Shown here: positions 34,556 through 42,010 of the stretch, one piece after another
Layout of the letters: every line of letters starts with the position of its first letter
How positions within the stretch are numbered: position 1 is the first letter of the stretch
Assembly (NCBI GenBank): GCA_964475695.1
Contig: CAYYYC010000001.1
Coordinates: 2,888 to 44,897 of the forward strand
DNA length: 42,010 bases
From: an uncultured Rubrivivax sp.
GTDB lineage: Bacteria; Pseudomonadota; Gammaproteobacteria; Burkholderiales; Burkholderiaceae_C
Reading direction: 5' to 3'
Notes under the pieces: generated by a model
The model's input: only the letters and a program-made list of their open reading frames with translations
Databases searched by the model: none
What the model was told of the DNA's origin: nothing
Made by a program: the position numbers and the translations under genes

Positions 34556-35530
34556 TCAGTCGTGCTGCGCCAGACGCTGGCTGGGTTGGGCCAGATAGAA
34601 CCATTCCTGCCGGGCCACTGCGGCCGCGTTGGGAAACATGATGCGGCCCGCGGCCGGCGCACGCACCTCCTGCCCATCGTGGCGCACCCCGATGAGGTCT
34701 CCTGCCTGCAGGACATCAAAGCTCTGCCACTCGCGGGCGAACCGGTCCTGAGGGTGCCGCTTGTCCACCACCTCGTGCATGGTCAAGGCCTCGATGTCCT
34801 GTTGGGCCGGCGGCGGGGCCTCGTCGGTCAGTCCGAAGTGCGCCAGGGTGTTGCGCACCGCAGTCCAGGCCACCTCGGGAGCCTGCGGGTCCTGGTGCTG
34901 CCCGCACTCCAGGGTGATCGCGCGACCGCCCAGGGACCGCATGTGCTCGGTGGTGCCCACGCCGTAGTTGGGGTTGAGGTCCAAAGTGCCGGCGCGGTCA
35001 CCGGCTTCCTCGCGACGCCGGGCCACGCCACGCACATAGGTCGACAGCCAGCCATCGACCACCCGGCCCACCCCCAGCACCCGAACCCAAGCCTCTTCCT
35101 CGGCGGCATGGGCGTAGGGCTCGGTCACGCCGCGGTTGTTGCGCGGGCCAAGCATCGCAAACGGCTTGCCCTGCGCATTGAAGGAGTGCAGGTCCAGCAG
35201 GATGTCGTGCGCCGCCATCAGCGGACACAGCCAGTTGGCCACATGGTCCTCAAACTCTCGCGGCACCGCGGCCGGCCCCAGGGCCCGGTTGAGGTTTCGC
35301 TCCCCGTTGCGGGTGCCTTGCCGATAGGCCAGCGGATTGGTCACGGGCACCACCGTCAGCACCCCGCGGGCGATCTGAATCTGGCCTGCATCGATCGCCT
35401 CGATCAGGCGGCGCAGCGCCAGGGTGCCGCAGGTCTCGTTGCCGTGGACAGCTCCGGTGACCAACAGGCGCGGGCCCGGAGCGCGGCCGGCGTAGCTGAC
35501 CGACTTGAAGGGATGCAGAGGCTCGCTCAT
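34556..35530 (-). CDS. M14-family zinc carboxypeptidase/amidase (succinylglutamate desuccinylase/aspartoacylase superfamily; possible MpaA-like murein peptide amidase)
   Basis: Internal ATG at 35530 (MSEPLHPF). Zinc motif GAVHGNETCG. Downstream: NPLAYRQGTRNGERNLNR, LDLHS. Confidence 0.65.
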   Translation of the reverse strand: MSEPLHPFKSVSYAGRAPGPRLLVTGAVHGNETCGTLALRRLIEAIDAGQIQIARGVLTVVPVTNPLAYRQGTRNGERNLNRALGPAAVPREFEDHVANWLCPLMAAHDILLDLHSFNAQGKPFAMLGPRNNRGVTEPYAHAAEEEAWVRVLGVGRVVDGWLSTYVRGVARRREEAGDRAGTLDLNPNYGVGTTEHMRSLGGRAITLECGQHQDPQAPEVAWTAVRNTLAHFGLTDEAPPPAQQDIEALTMHEVVDKRHPQDRFAREWQSFDVLQAGDLIGVRHDGQEVRAPAAGRIMFPNAAAVARQEWFYLAQPSQRLAQHD

Positions 35531-35605
35531 GGGCGAATTGTCACCGGAGCGGGCCAAGGGGAACAACTGCTTGACTTCTAAACTAATTGCGCCAACATCA
35601 CCGCC

Positions 35606-37987
35606 ATGAAGATCGTCTGCCTGGGCGGCGGCCCCGCCGGCCTTTACTTTGGCCTGCTGATGAAGAAGCAGGACCCCTCCCGCGAAGTGGTCGTGGTCGA
35701 GCGCAACCGTCCCTACGACACCTTTGGCTGGGGCGTGGTCTTTTCCGACCAGACCCTGGGGCGGCTTCAGCAGGCCGACCCGGAATCGGCCTCGCAGATC
35801 CTGCAGGCCTTCAACCACTGGGATGACATCGAGGTCAACATCCGAGGGGCGCGGGTGCGGTCCGGCGGCCACGGCTTCTGCGGCATCGGGCGCAAGCGGC
35901 TGCTCAACATCCTGCAGGCGCGCTGCGAGGCGGTTGGCGTGGAATTGCGCTTCGAGCAGGACACTTCCGACGAAGACCACGCCGACGCCGACCTCATCAT
36001 CGCCAGCGATGGCCTGAACAGCCGCATCCGCCAGAAGTACGCCGCCACCTACCGGCCCGACATCGACCTGCGTCTGTGCCGATTCGTCTGGCTGGGCACA
36101 ACGCGCCTGTTTGAAGCCTTCACCTTCGACTTCCAGGAAACGCCCCACGGGTGGTTCCAGGCGCACGCCTACCGCTTCGATGAACACACATCCACCTTCA
36201 TCGTGGAGGCGCCGGAGCCGGTGTGGCGGGCGGCCGGCCTGGAGGCGATGGACAAGGAGGAGGGCATCGCCTGGTGCGAGCGGCTGTTCGCCGATGTGCT
36301 GCAGGGCCACCGGCTGATGAGCAATGCCTCCCACCTGCGGGGCTCGGCCCAGTGGATTCGATTCCCTCGTGTGGTTTGCCGCCAATGGGTGCATCACAAC
36401 GGACGCGCCCCGGTGGTCCTGATGGGGGATGCGGCGCACACGGCCCACTTTTCCATAGGCTCAGGCACCAAGCTGGCGCTGGAGGATGCGATCGAGCTCG
36501 CGCAGCGCATCGCAGAGCACCCGACAGACCTCGAGCAGGCGCTGGGCGTCTATGAGGCCACCCGTTCGGTCGAGGTGCTACGCATTCAGAACGCCGCGCG
36601 CAACAGCACCGAATGGTTCGAGAACGTGGAGCGCTATGCCCACCTGCCGCCCGAGCAGTTCGCCTACACCCTGCTGACCCGAAGCCAGCGCATCAGCCAT
36701 GAAAACCTGCGTGAGCGCGACCGCGCCTACCTTGAAGGCTTCGAGCGCTGGTGGGAGCGCCGTTCGCGGGAGGCTTTGGATGCCGACACAGCCCCTTCGG
36801 CTGGTGCAGGTCGCCCCACACCACCCATGCTCACTCCCTACCGGGCCCGCGGGTGCACGCTGAAGAACCGCATCGTGGTTTCGCCCATGGCCCAGTACAT
36901 GGCGCATGACGGACTGGTGGGGGACTGGCACCTGATGCACCTGGGTTCGCGCGCTGTGGGCGGCGCCGGACTGGTGATGGCCGAAATGACCTGCACCAGC
37001 GCGGACGCCCGAATCACCCCGGGTTGCCCAGGGTTGTGGAATGACGCCCAGGGGGCCGCCTGGAAGCGCATCGTTGACTTCGTGCATGCCCACAGCGACG
37101 CCAGGATCGGAATCCAACTGGGCCACGCCGGGCCCAAGGGCTCGACCAATGTGCCCTGGGAGGGCGCCGGCATGGACACGCCGTTGGCGCCCGACCATGC
37201 GCAAGGCAATTGGCCGCTGCTGGCCGCCAGCGCGCAGGCCTATGTGGACGGCGTCAACGCCGTGCCGCGGGCCATGACGCCGCAGGACATGCAGCGCGTC
37301 TGCGATGACTTCGTCAAGGCAGCGCGGCGGGCTGCGGCCTGCGGCTTTGACTGGCTGGAATTGCACTGCGCGCACGGGTATCTGCTGTCGTCCTTCATCT
37401 CACCGCTGACCAATCACCGCGCGGACGATTGGGGCGGCAGCCTTTCCAATCGGCTGCGCTATCCGCTTGAGGTCTTTGCCGCCGTCCGGGCCGCATGGCC
37501 TCAGGAGCGTCCGATATCCGTGCGGATCTCCGCGCACGACTGGGTGGAGGGCGGCATCACCCCCGACGACGCCGTGGAGATTGCCCGAGCCTTCAAGGTC
37601 GCCGGGGCCGACCTCATCGATTGCTCATCGGGCCAGGTCAGCGCCGAGCAGAAGCCTGTCTACGGGCGGATGTACCAGACACCCTTTGCCGACCGCGTCC
37701 GCAATGAAGCCGGCATCGCCACCATCGCGGTGGGGGCGATCACCGACGCGGATCAGGTCAACGGCATCATCGCGGCCGGCCGCGCCGACTTGTGCGCTCT
37801 GGCACGGCCGCACCTGGCCAATCCGGCATGGACTCTGCAGGAAGCCGCGCGCTGGGGCCAACAGTCCATTGAATGGCCGATGCCCTATCTCTCGGGCAAG
37901 CAGCAGATGGAGCGCCTGTTCGAGCGGGAAAAGGCGCAGGCCCAGTCGGCCATCGGGCCGGTTGCCCCGCGCGAGATGGGAGCCTGA
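35606..37987 (+). CDS. Fused FAD monooxygenase + OYE-type NAD(P)H:flavin reductase (2-aminobenzoyl-CoA monooxygenase/reductase or salicylyl-CoA 5-hydroxylase type)
   Basis: N-terminal [14 protein letters not shown] and [22 protein letters not shown] (aromatic hydroxylase). C-terminal OYE motifs [44 protein letters not shown]. Confidence 0.75.
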   Translation: MKIVCLGGGPAGLYFGLLMKKQDPSREVVVVERNRPYDTFGWGVVFSDQTLGRLQQADPESASQILQAFNHWDDIEVNIRGARVRSGGHGFCGIGRKRLLNILQARCEAVGVELRFEQDTSDEDHADADLIIASDGLNSRIRQKYAATYRPDIDLRLCRFVWLGTTRLFEAFTFDFQETPHGWFQAHAYRFDEHTSTFIVEAPEPVWRAAGLEAMDKEEGIAWCERLFADVLQGHRLMSNASHLRGSAQWIRFPRVVCRQWVHHNGRAPVVLMGDAAHTAHFSIGSGTKLALEDAIELAQRIAEHPTDLEQALGVYEATRSVEVLRIQNAARNSTEWFENVERYAHLPPEQFAYTLLTRSQRISHENLRERDRAYLEGFERWWERRSREALDADTAPSAGAGRPTPPMLTPYRARGCTLKNRIVVSPMAQYMAHDGLVGDWHLMHLGSRAVGGAGLVMAEMTCTSADARITPGCPGLWNDAQGAAWKRIVDFVHAHSDARIGIQLGHAGPKGSTNVPWEGAGMDTPLAPDHAQGNWPLLAASAQAYVDGVNAVPRAMTPQDMQRVCDDFVKAARRAAACGFDWLELHCAHGYLLSSFISPLTNHRADDWGGSLSNRLRYPLEVFAAVRAAWPQERPISVRISAHDWVEGGITPDDAVEIARAFKVAGADLIDCSSGQVSAEQKPVYGRMYQTPFADRVRNEAGIATIAVGAITDADQVNGIIAAGRADLCALARPHLANPAWTLQEAARWGQQSIEWPMPYLSGKQQMERLFEREKAQAQSAIGPVAPREMGA

Positions 37988-37990
37988 GGC

Positions 37991-38572
37991 ATGGCGCGCC
38001 GCCCCAACCCGGCACGGCCGTCGCCCTTGCACCTCAACCGCCTTCGGCTGGGCCTGGAGGCGCGGGCTCAGGCCGAGGACCACCTGGACACGCGCATCTG
38101 GCTGCGTCTGCTGGCCTGCAGCCTGGACATCGAGCGGGTGGTGCGGCAGCGACTGCGGAAGCGATTCGGCACCACGCTGTCGCGGTTCGACTATCTGGCG
38201 CAACTGGAGCGATATCCCCAGGGGCTGCGAATGAGCGAGCTCTCGCGCTGCCTGATGGTCACCGGAGGCAATGTCACCGGCCTGACCGACCAGTTGGTGC
38301 AGGAAGGCTGGGTGGAGCGCGCCGGCGACCCCAAGGATGGGCGCGTGTGGCGCGTGCGCCTGACCGAAGCCGGTCGCTTGCGATTTGCCCAGATGGCCGT
38401 GGAGCACGAGTCCTGGTTGCGGGAGCTCTTCCACGGCATGCCCTCAGCCGACAAGCGCGCCCTCTTCGAACTGCTCGGAAGCCTGCGCCAAGGCCTGGAG
38501 CAGCGCAGTCGCGCCGGCGCCAGCCCCAACCGCGCCTCTTCACCCATCACCCACGCAAGAGCCACCGCATGA
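37991..38572 (+). CDS. MarR-family transcriptional regulator
   Basis: Winged-helix region [48 protein letters not shown]...[13 protein letters not shown]. Confidence 0.8.
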   Translation: MARRPNPARPSPLHLNRLRLGLEARAQAEDHLDTRIWLRLLACSLDIERVVRQRLRKRFGTTLSRFDYLAQLERYPQGLRMSELSRCLMVTGGNVTGLTDQLVQEGWVERAGDPKDGRVWRVRLTEAGRLRFAQMAVEHESWLRELFHGMPSADKRALFELLGSLRQGLEQRSRAGASPNRASSPITHARATA

Positions 38573-39426
38573 CACGCCCAGCACCCCTCGATCCCGCCTT
38601 GGCCCAGGGCAATCGCCGACCGATGGCCGACCACGCCGCGCAGCACTTCCTCTGGCGCTGCCAGGATGGCGTGGCCACGATCACCCTGAACCGGCCCGAG
38701 CGCAAGAACCCGCTGACATTCGACAGCTATGCGGAGCTGCGCGACCTCTTCCACGATCTGCGCCTGGCCCATGATGTGCACGTTGTGGTGATCGAGGGCG
38801 CCGGCGGCAACTTCTGCTCGGGCGGCGATGTGCACGAGATCATCGGCCCCTTGGTCAAGCTGCCTGCGCCCGAGCTCTTGATGTTCACCCGCATGACCGG
38901 CGACGTGGTCAAGGCCATGCGAACCTGCCCGCAACCCATCATCGCGGCCATCGATGGCGTCTGCGCCGGTGCTGGGGCGATCCTGGCCATGGCTTCGGAC
39001 CTGCGGCTGGGCACGGCGCGCAGCAAGACGGCGTTCCTCTTCAACCGCGTGGGTCTGGCCGGCTGCGACATGGCGGCCTGCGCCATCCTGCCGCGGCTCA
39101 TCGGCCAGGGACGGGCCAGCGAACTGCTCTACACCGGGCGCGTGATGGGTGGCGAGGAAGCCGAACGCTGGGGCTTCTTCAACCGGCTGTGTCTGCCGCA
39201 GGACTTGCAGGAGCAGGCCCAAGGTCTGGCGCGCGATCTCCGGGCCGGGCCAACGTTCGCCAACGGGATCACCAAGACGATGCTGCACCAGGAGTGGTCG
39301 ATGACGATCGAGCAGGCTTTGGAGGCCGAGGCTCAGGCCCAGGCGATCTGCATGCTCACCCAGGACTACACCCGCGCCTATGAGGCCTTCGTCAAGCGTG
39401 AGAAGCCGGCTTTTCAGGGGAACTGA
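38569..39426 (+). CDS. Enoyl-CoA hydratase/isomerase (crotonase) family protein
   Basis: ATGA overlap with mar[53 protein letters not shown]. Confidence 0.8.
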   Translation: MTRPAPLDPALAQGNRRPMADHAAQHFLWRCQDGVATITLNRPERKNPLTFDSYAELRDLFHDLRLAHDVHVVVIEGAGGNFCSGGDVHEIIGPLVKLPAPELLMFTRMTGDVVKAMRTCPQPIIAAIDGVCAGAGAILAMASDLRLGTARSKTAFLFNRVGLAGCDMAACAILPRLIGQGRASELLYTGRVMGGEEAERWGFFNRLCLPQDLQEQAQGLARDLRAGPTFANGITKTMLHQEWSMTIEQALEAEAQAQAICMLTQDYTRAYEAFVKREKPAFQGN

Positions 39427-39428
39427 GC

Positions 39429-40610
39429 GTGAGCGACCATCATCCCAGCCTCGCCCATCTGGAGTGGCCCTTCTTCGACGACGGCCACCGGTCCTTTGTC
39501 CAGGAACTGGCGCGATGGACCCAAGCCCAGCCGGCCCATGAAGACCACCTCGGCGCCGACGGGCAGTGCCGCGCCTGGGTGCGGCGCTTGGGTCAGGCCG
39601 GATGGCTGCAGCCCGTGGTGGCCCTGGCCGAGGGCCAGGCGCTGGACACACGCAAGCTTTGCCTGCTGCGCGAAACGCTGGCCCAGCACGACGGTCTGGC
39701 CGACTTCGCCCTGGCCATGCAGGGCCTGGGTTCAGGCGCAGTCAGTCTTCATGGCACCCGCGAACAGCGTGACCGCTGGCTGCCCCAAGTGGTCAGCGGC
39801 CAGTGCATCACCGCCTTCGCGCTGAGCGAGCCCGACGCGGGTTCGGATGTCGCTGCGATGCGGTGCCGGGCGCACCAGGAAGGCCAGGCCATCGTGCTCA
39901 ACGGCGAAAAGACCTGGATCTCCAACGGCGGCATCGCAGACCTGTATGTGGTCTTCGCCCGGGACGCCGATTGGACTGCGGCTTCCGGCGCCAAACCTTC
40001 CCAGGGCATCTCGGCCTACCTTGTGCCCGCCGATGCCCCGGGCCTGGTGGTGGCTGAGCGCATCGAGGTGATCGCGCCGCACCCGCTGGCCCTCCTGCGC
40101 TTCGACAACTGCCGCATTCCGCTGAGCCACCGCATCGGGGCCGCCGGCGAGGGATTCAAGATCGCGATGCGCACGCTCGATGTGTTCCGAACCTCGGTGG
40201 CCGCTGCAGCCCTGGGGTTTGCGCGCCGGGCGCTGGCCGAAGGCCTCGCTCGGGCCCGGTCCCGAGAGATGTTCGGCGGTGTTCTGGCCGACCACCAGCT
40301 CACCCAAGCCCGCCTGGCCGACATGGCGGTGCAGGTGGATGCTGCGGCACTGCTGACCTATCGCGCCGCGTGGCGCCGGGATCAGGGCCACACCGTCACG
40401 CGAGAAGCCGCCATGGCCAAGCTCACCGCCACCGAGAATGCGCAGCGGGTGATCGATGCGGCGGTGCAGCTGTGGGGCGGCATGGGCGTGGTCAGCGGAC
40501 AGACGGTGGAGCGGCTCTACCGCGAGATTCGAGCCTTGCGCATCTACGAGGGCGCCAGCGAAGTGCAGCAGCTGATCATCGGCCGGGAACTGCTGCGCCA
40601 CGGGCCCTGA
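39429..40610 (+). CDS. Acyl-CoA dehydrogenase
   Basis: GTG start 2 nt after the upstream stop. [41 protein letters not shown]. Confidence 0.85.
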   Translation: MSDHHPSLAHLEWPFFDDGHRSFVQELARWTQAQPAHEDHLGADGQCRAWVRRLGQAGWLQPVVALAEGQALDTRKLCLLRETLAQHDGLADFALAMQGLGSGAVSLHGTREQRDRWLPQVVSGQCITAFALSEPDAGSDVAAMRCRAHQEGQAIVLNGEKTWISNGGIADLYVVFARDADWTAASGAKPSQGISAYLVPADAPGLVVAERIEVIAPHPLALLRFDNCRIPLSHRIGAAGEGFKIAMRTLDVFRTSVAAAALGFARRALAEGLARARSREMFGGVLADHQLTQARLADMAVQVDAAALLTYRAAWRRDQGHTVTREAAMAKLTATENAQRVIDAAVQLWGGMGVVSGQTVERLYREIRALRIYEGASEVQQLIIGRELLRHGP

Positions 40611-40671
40611 GCACCAGGCCAGAGTCCGTCCTGTCCACCGCTTCAAGAAAACTTTTCGCCCGGAGTCGCCC

Positions 40672-42010
40672 ATGCCCAGCGCTCATGTCGACACCTTCGC
40701 CGCCGATCATCTGCCCCCGACCGACCAATGGCCTGATCTGATTTTCGAGGGCCCCGCCCTGCAGGCCCTGGCAGCGCGCGGCACCCTCAACTGTGCGGCT
40801 GAACTGCTGGATGGCGCAGTGGCCCGAGGCTGGGGCGAACGCCCATGCCTGGTCTCGGACACCTTGGCCTGGACCTATGCGCAGCTGCTGGCCCAAAGCA
40901 ATCGTGTGGCCCAGGTTCTGGTGCGCGACATGGGGCTGGTGCCGGGCAATCGGGTGTTGCTTCGCAGCCCCAACACTCCGATGATGGCCGCCTGCTGGCT
41001 GGGCGTTGTCAGGGCCGGCGGCGTGGCCGTCCCAACGATGCCGCTGCTGCGCGAGCGCGAGCTGAGAGTGATCATCGACAAGGCAAAGATCAGCCACGCC
41101 CTGTGCGACGTGACGCTGGCCGAGGCGCTGAACGCCGCCGCTCAGGGCAGCACGCTGACGCAGATCAAGTGGATCCACACCGATGGAGCCCAATCGCTGG
41201 AGGCGGCGATGGCGCGCCACAGCGATGGCTTTGCCGCGGTGCAGACCGCCGCCACCGACACCGCCTTCCTCGCCTTCACCTCCGGCACCACCGGCGTGCC
41301 CAAGGCCACGATGCACTTCCACCGTGACGTGATGGCCGCCTGTCTGTGCTGGCCCGAGCATGTCCTGCGGCCCACGGCCGAGGATGTGTTCATCGGCAGC
41401 CCGCCCCTGGCCTTCACGTTCGGCCTGGGCGGCCTGCTGCTGTTTCCTTTGCACGCAGGCGCAAGCGCCGTCCTGCTCGCGCAGGCCTCGCCGCCAAACC
41501 TGATCGACGGCATCCGGCGGCACCGCGCCACGGTGGCCTTCACCTCGCCCACCTCCTACCGCGCGATGGCCGCGCGCGGCAACGAACTGCGCGGCGGCAG
41601 CCTGCGTCACTGCGTCTCCGCCGGGGAGGCACTGCCTGCGGCCACCCGGGAGCTCTGGCGGCAAGCCACGGGACTGGGCATGATCGACGGCATCGGCTCC
41701 ACTGAAATGCTGCACATCTTCATCTCGGCCACCGCCGAGCAGTCGCTGCCCGGAGCCACCGGGCAGGCCGTGCCGGGCTATGAGGCCCGCATCGTCGATG
41801 AGCAGGGGATGCCTGTGCCCGACGGCACCACCGGCCGACTGGCGGTGCGGGGCCCCACCGGGTGCCGCTATCTGTCCGATGAGCGGCAGCGCAACTATGT
41901 CAGCCGGGGCTGGAACCTCACGGGCGACGCCTACTGGCGCAATGCCCAGGGCTTTTTCCACTATGTGTCCCGCACCGACGACATGATCGTGTCCTCGGGC
42001 TACAACATCG
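40672..42010 (+). CDS. Aryl-CoA ligase (AMP-binding; 2-aminobenzoate/benzoate-CoA ligase type). The 3' end lies outside the window.
   Basis: Not in the ORF track because no stop is reached; I translated it by hand from ATG 40672 (MPSAHVDTFAADHLPP...). AMP-binding motif LAFTSGTTGVPKATMHFHRD. The frame stays open to nt 42010. Confidence 0.75.
   Translation, partial: MPSAHVDTFAADHLPPTDQWPDLIFEGPALQALAARGTLNCAAELLDGAVARGWGERPCLVSDTLAWTYAQLLAQSNRVAQVLVRDMGLVPGNRVLLRSPNTPMMAACWLGVVRAGGVAVPTMPLLRERELRVIIDKAKISHALCDVTLAEALNAAAQGSTLTQIKWIHTDGAQSLEAAMARHSDGFAAVQTAATDTAFLAFTSGTTGVPKATMHFHRDVMAACLCWPEHVLRPTAEDVFIGSPPLAFTFGLGGLLLFPLHAGASAVLLAQASPPNLIDGIRRHRATVAFTSPTSYRAMAARGNELRGGSLRHCVSAGEALPAATRELWRQATGLGMIDGIGSTEMLHIFISATAEQSLPGATGQAVPGYEARIVDEQGMPVPDGTTGRLAVRGPTGCRYLSDERQRNYVSRGWNLTGDAYWRNAQGFFHYVSRTDDMIVSSGYNI

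Noticed and set aside
35571-35600. Sigma70 promoter anchored on TTGACT (35571-35576) for the aromatic operon
   Set aside because: No acceptable -10 hexamer lies at 16-18 nt spacing (AACATC at best). I kept it only as a remark on the likely control region.
35531-36448. Upstream extension of the M14 peptidase ORF to 630 aa. The ORF track shows similar N-terminal extensions at 5727, 6641, 8383, 9219, 13835, 14175, 16484, 23756, 28556, 31224, 31499, 34719 and 37873.
   Set aside because: The extensions overlap neighbouring genuine genes, are low-complexity and Arg/Pro-rich, and precede internal starts. Those internal starts give canonical family N-termini and often form ATGA/TGATG junctions with the upstream stop.
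40576-41961. 461-aa minus-strand ORF at the right edge
   Set aside because: The + strand frame from ATG 40672 was absent from the track only because it has no stop in the window. It contains the AMP-binding motif FTSGTTGVPK, so the minus ORF is a shadow.
1-42010. PEP-CTERM substrate genes, CRISPR arrays, tandem repeats, IS elements, integrases, tRNA/rRNA
   Set aside because: I looked for C-terminal PEP + hydrophobic + RR/K tails in the credible CDS, regularly spaced repeats and transposase/integrase-like translations, and found none. Coding density leaves no room for rRNA. This was a by-eye scan only, so short or degenerate repeats could have been missed.

Overview
This is a 42-kb, gene-dense, high-GC bacterial chromosomal segment with about 37 CDS; the largest non-coding gap is 271 nt. 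Hand spot counts give about 70-76% GC in most genes. Gene content and organisation look betaproteobacterial (Burkholderiales-like), but that is inference only. There are four blocks. (1) 1-17.9 kb is an exosortase-type (Methylobacillus eps/methanolan-like, PEP-CTERM-associated) Wzx/Wzy exopolysaccharide locus. On the + strand it carries an EpsD-like fragment, Wza-like EpsE, co-polymerase EpsF, exosortase, EpsI, a Wzy-like membrane protein, a GT2, a flippase-like protein, a nitroreductase, a pyruvyl transferase, a GT4, an AsnB-like amidotransferase and a split Alg14/Alg13-like GT. These are almost all translationally coupled. They converge on a minus-strand pair: a priming polyprenyl-phosphate hexose-1-P transferase and an EpsL-like beta-barrel. 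(2) 18-23.5 kb holds a TviB-type UDP-HexNAc 6-dehydrogenase and GalE. These flank an odd minus-strand operon of a secreted polysaccharide-lyase-like protein, an orphan minimal secretin and a c551-like cytochrome. (3) 23.6-35.5 kb holds a small OM barrel, a Gate-domain membrane protein and an agmatinase-family hydrolase. An eight-gene peptidoglycan/muropeptide turnover cluster follows: class-A-fold serine hydrolase, DdpX, Tat-signal LdcA, PBP4, AmiD, MurQ, DadA-like and an M14 peptidase. (4) 35.6-42 kb encodes a 2-aminobenzoyl-CoA/salicylyl-CoA type hybrid aromatic pathway: a fused monooxygenase/OYE reductase, MarR, enoyl-CoA hydratase, acyl-CoA dehydrogenase and an aryl-CoA ligase truncated by the window edge. 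I recognised no rRNA, tRNA, CRISPR, IS/transposase, integrase or phage genes. The best candidate for something undescribed is the lyase-secretin(-cytochrome) module. The muropeptide-catabolism cluster and the nitroreductase/pyruvyl-transferase pair are secondary leads. All family calls come from motif recognition by eye on the supplied translations. Start codons were chosen manually from overlaps and SD-like sequences. Nothing was verified by database search.
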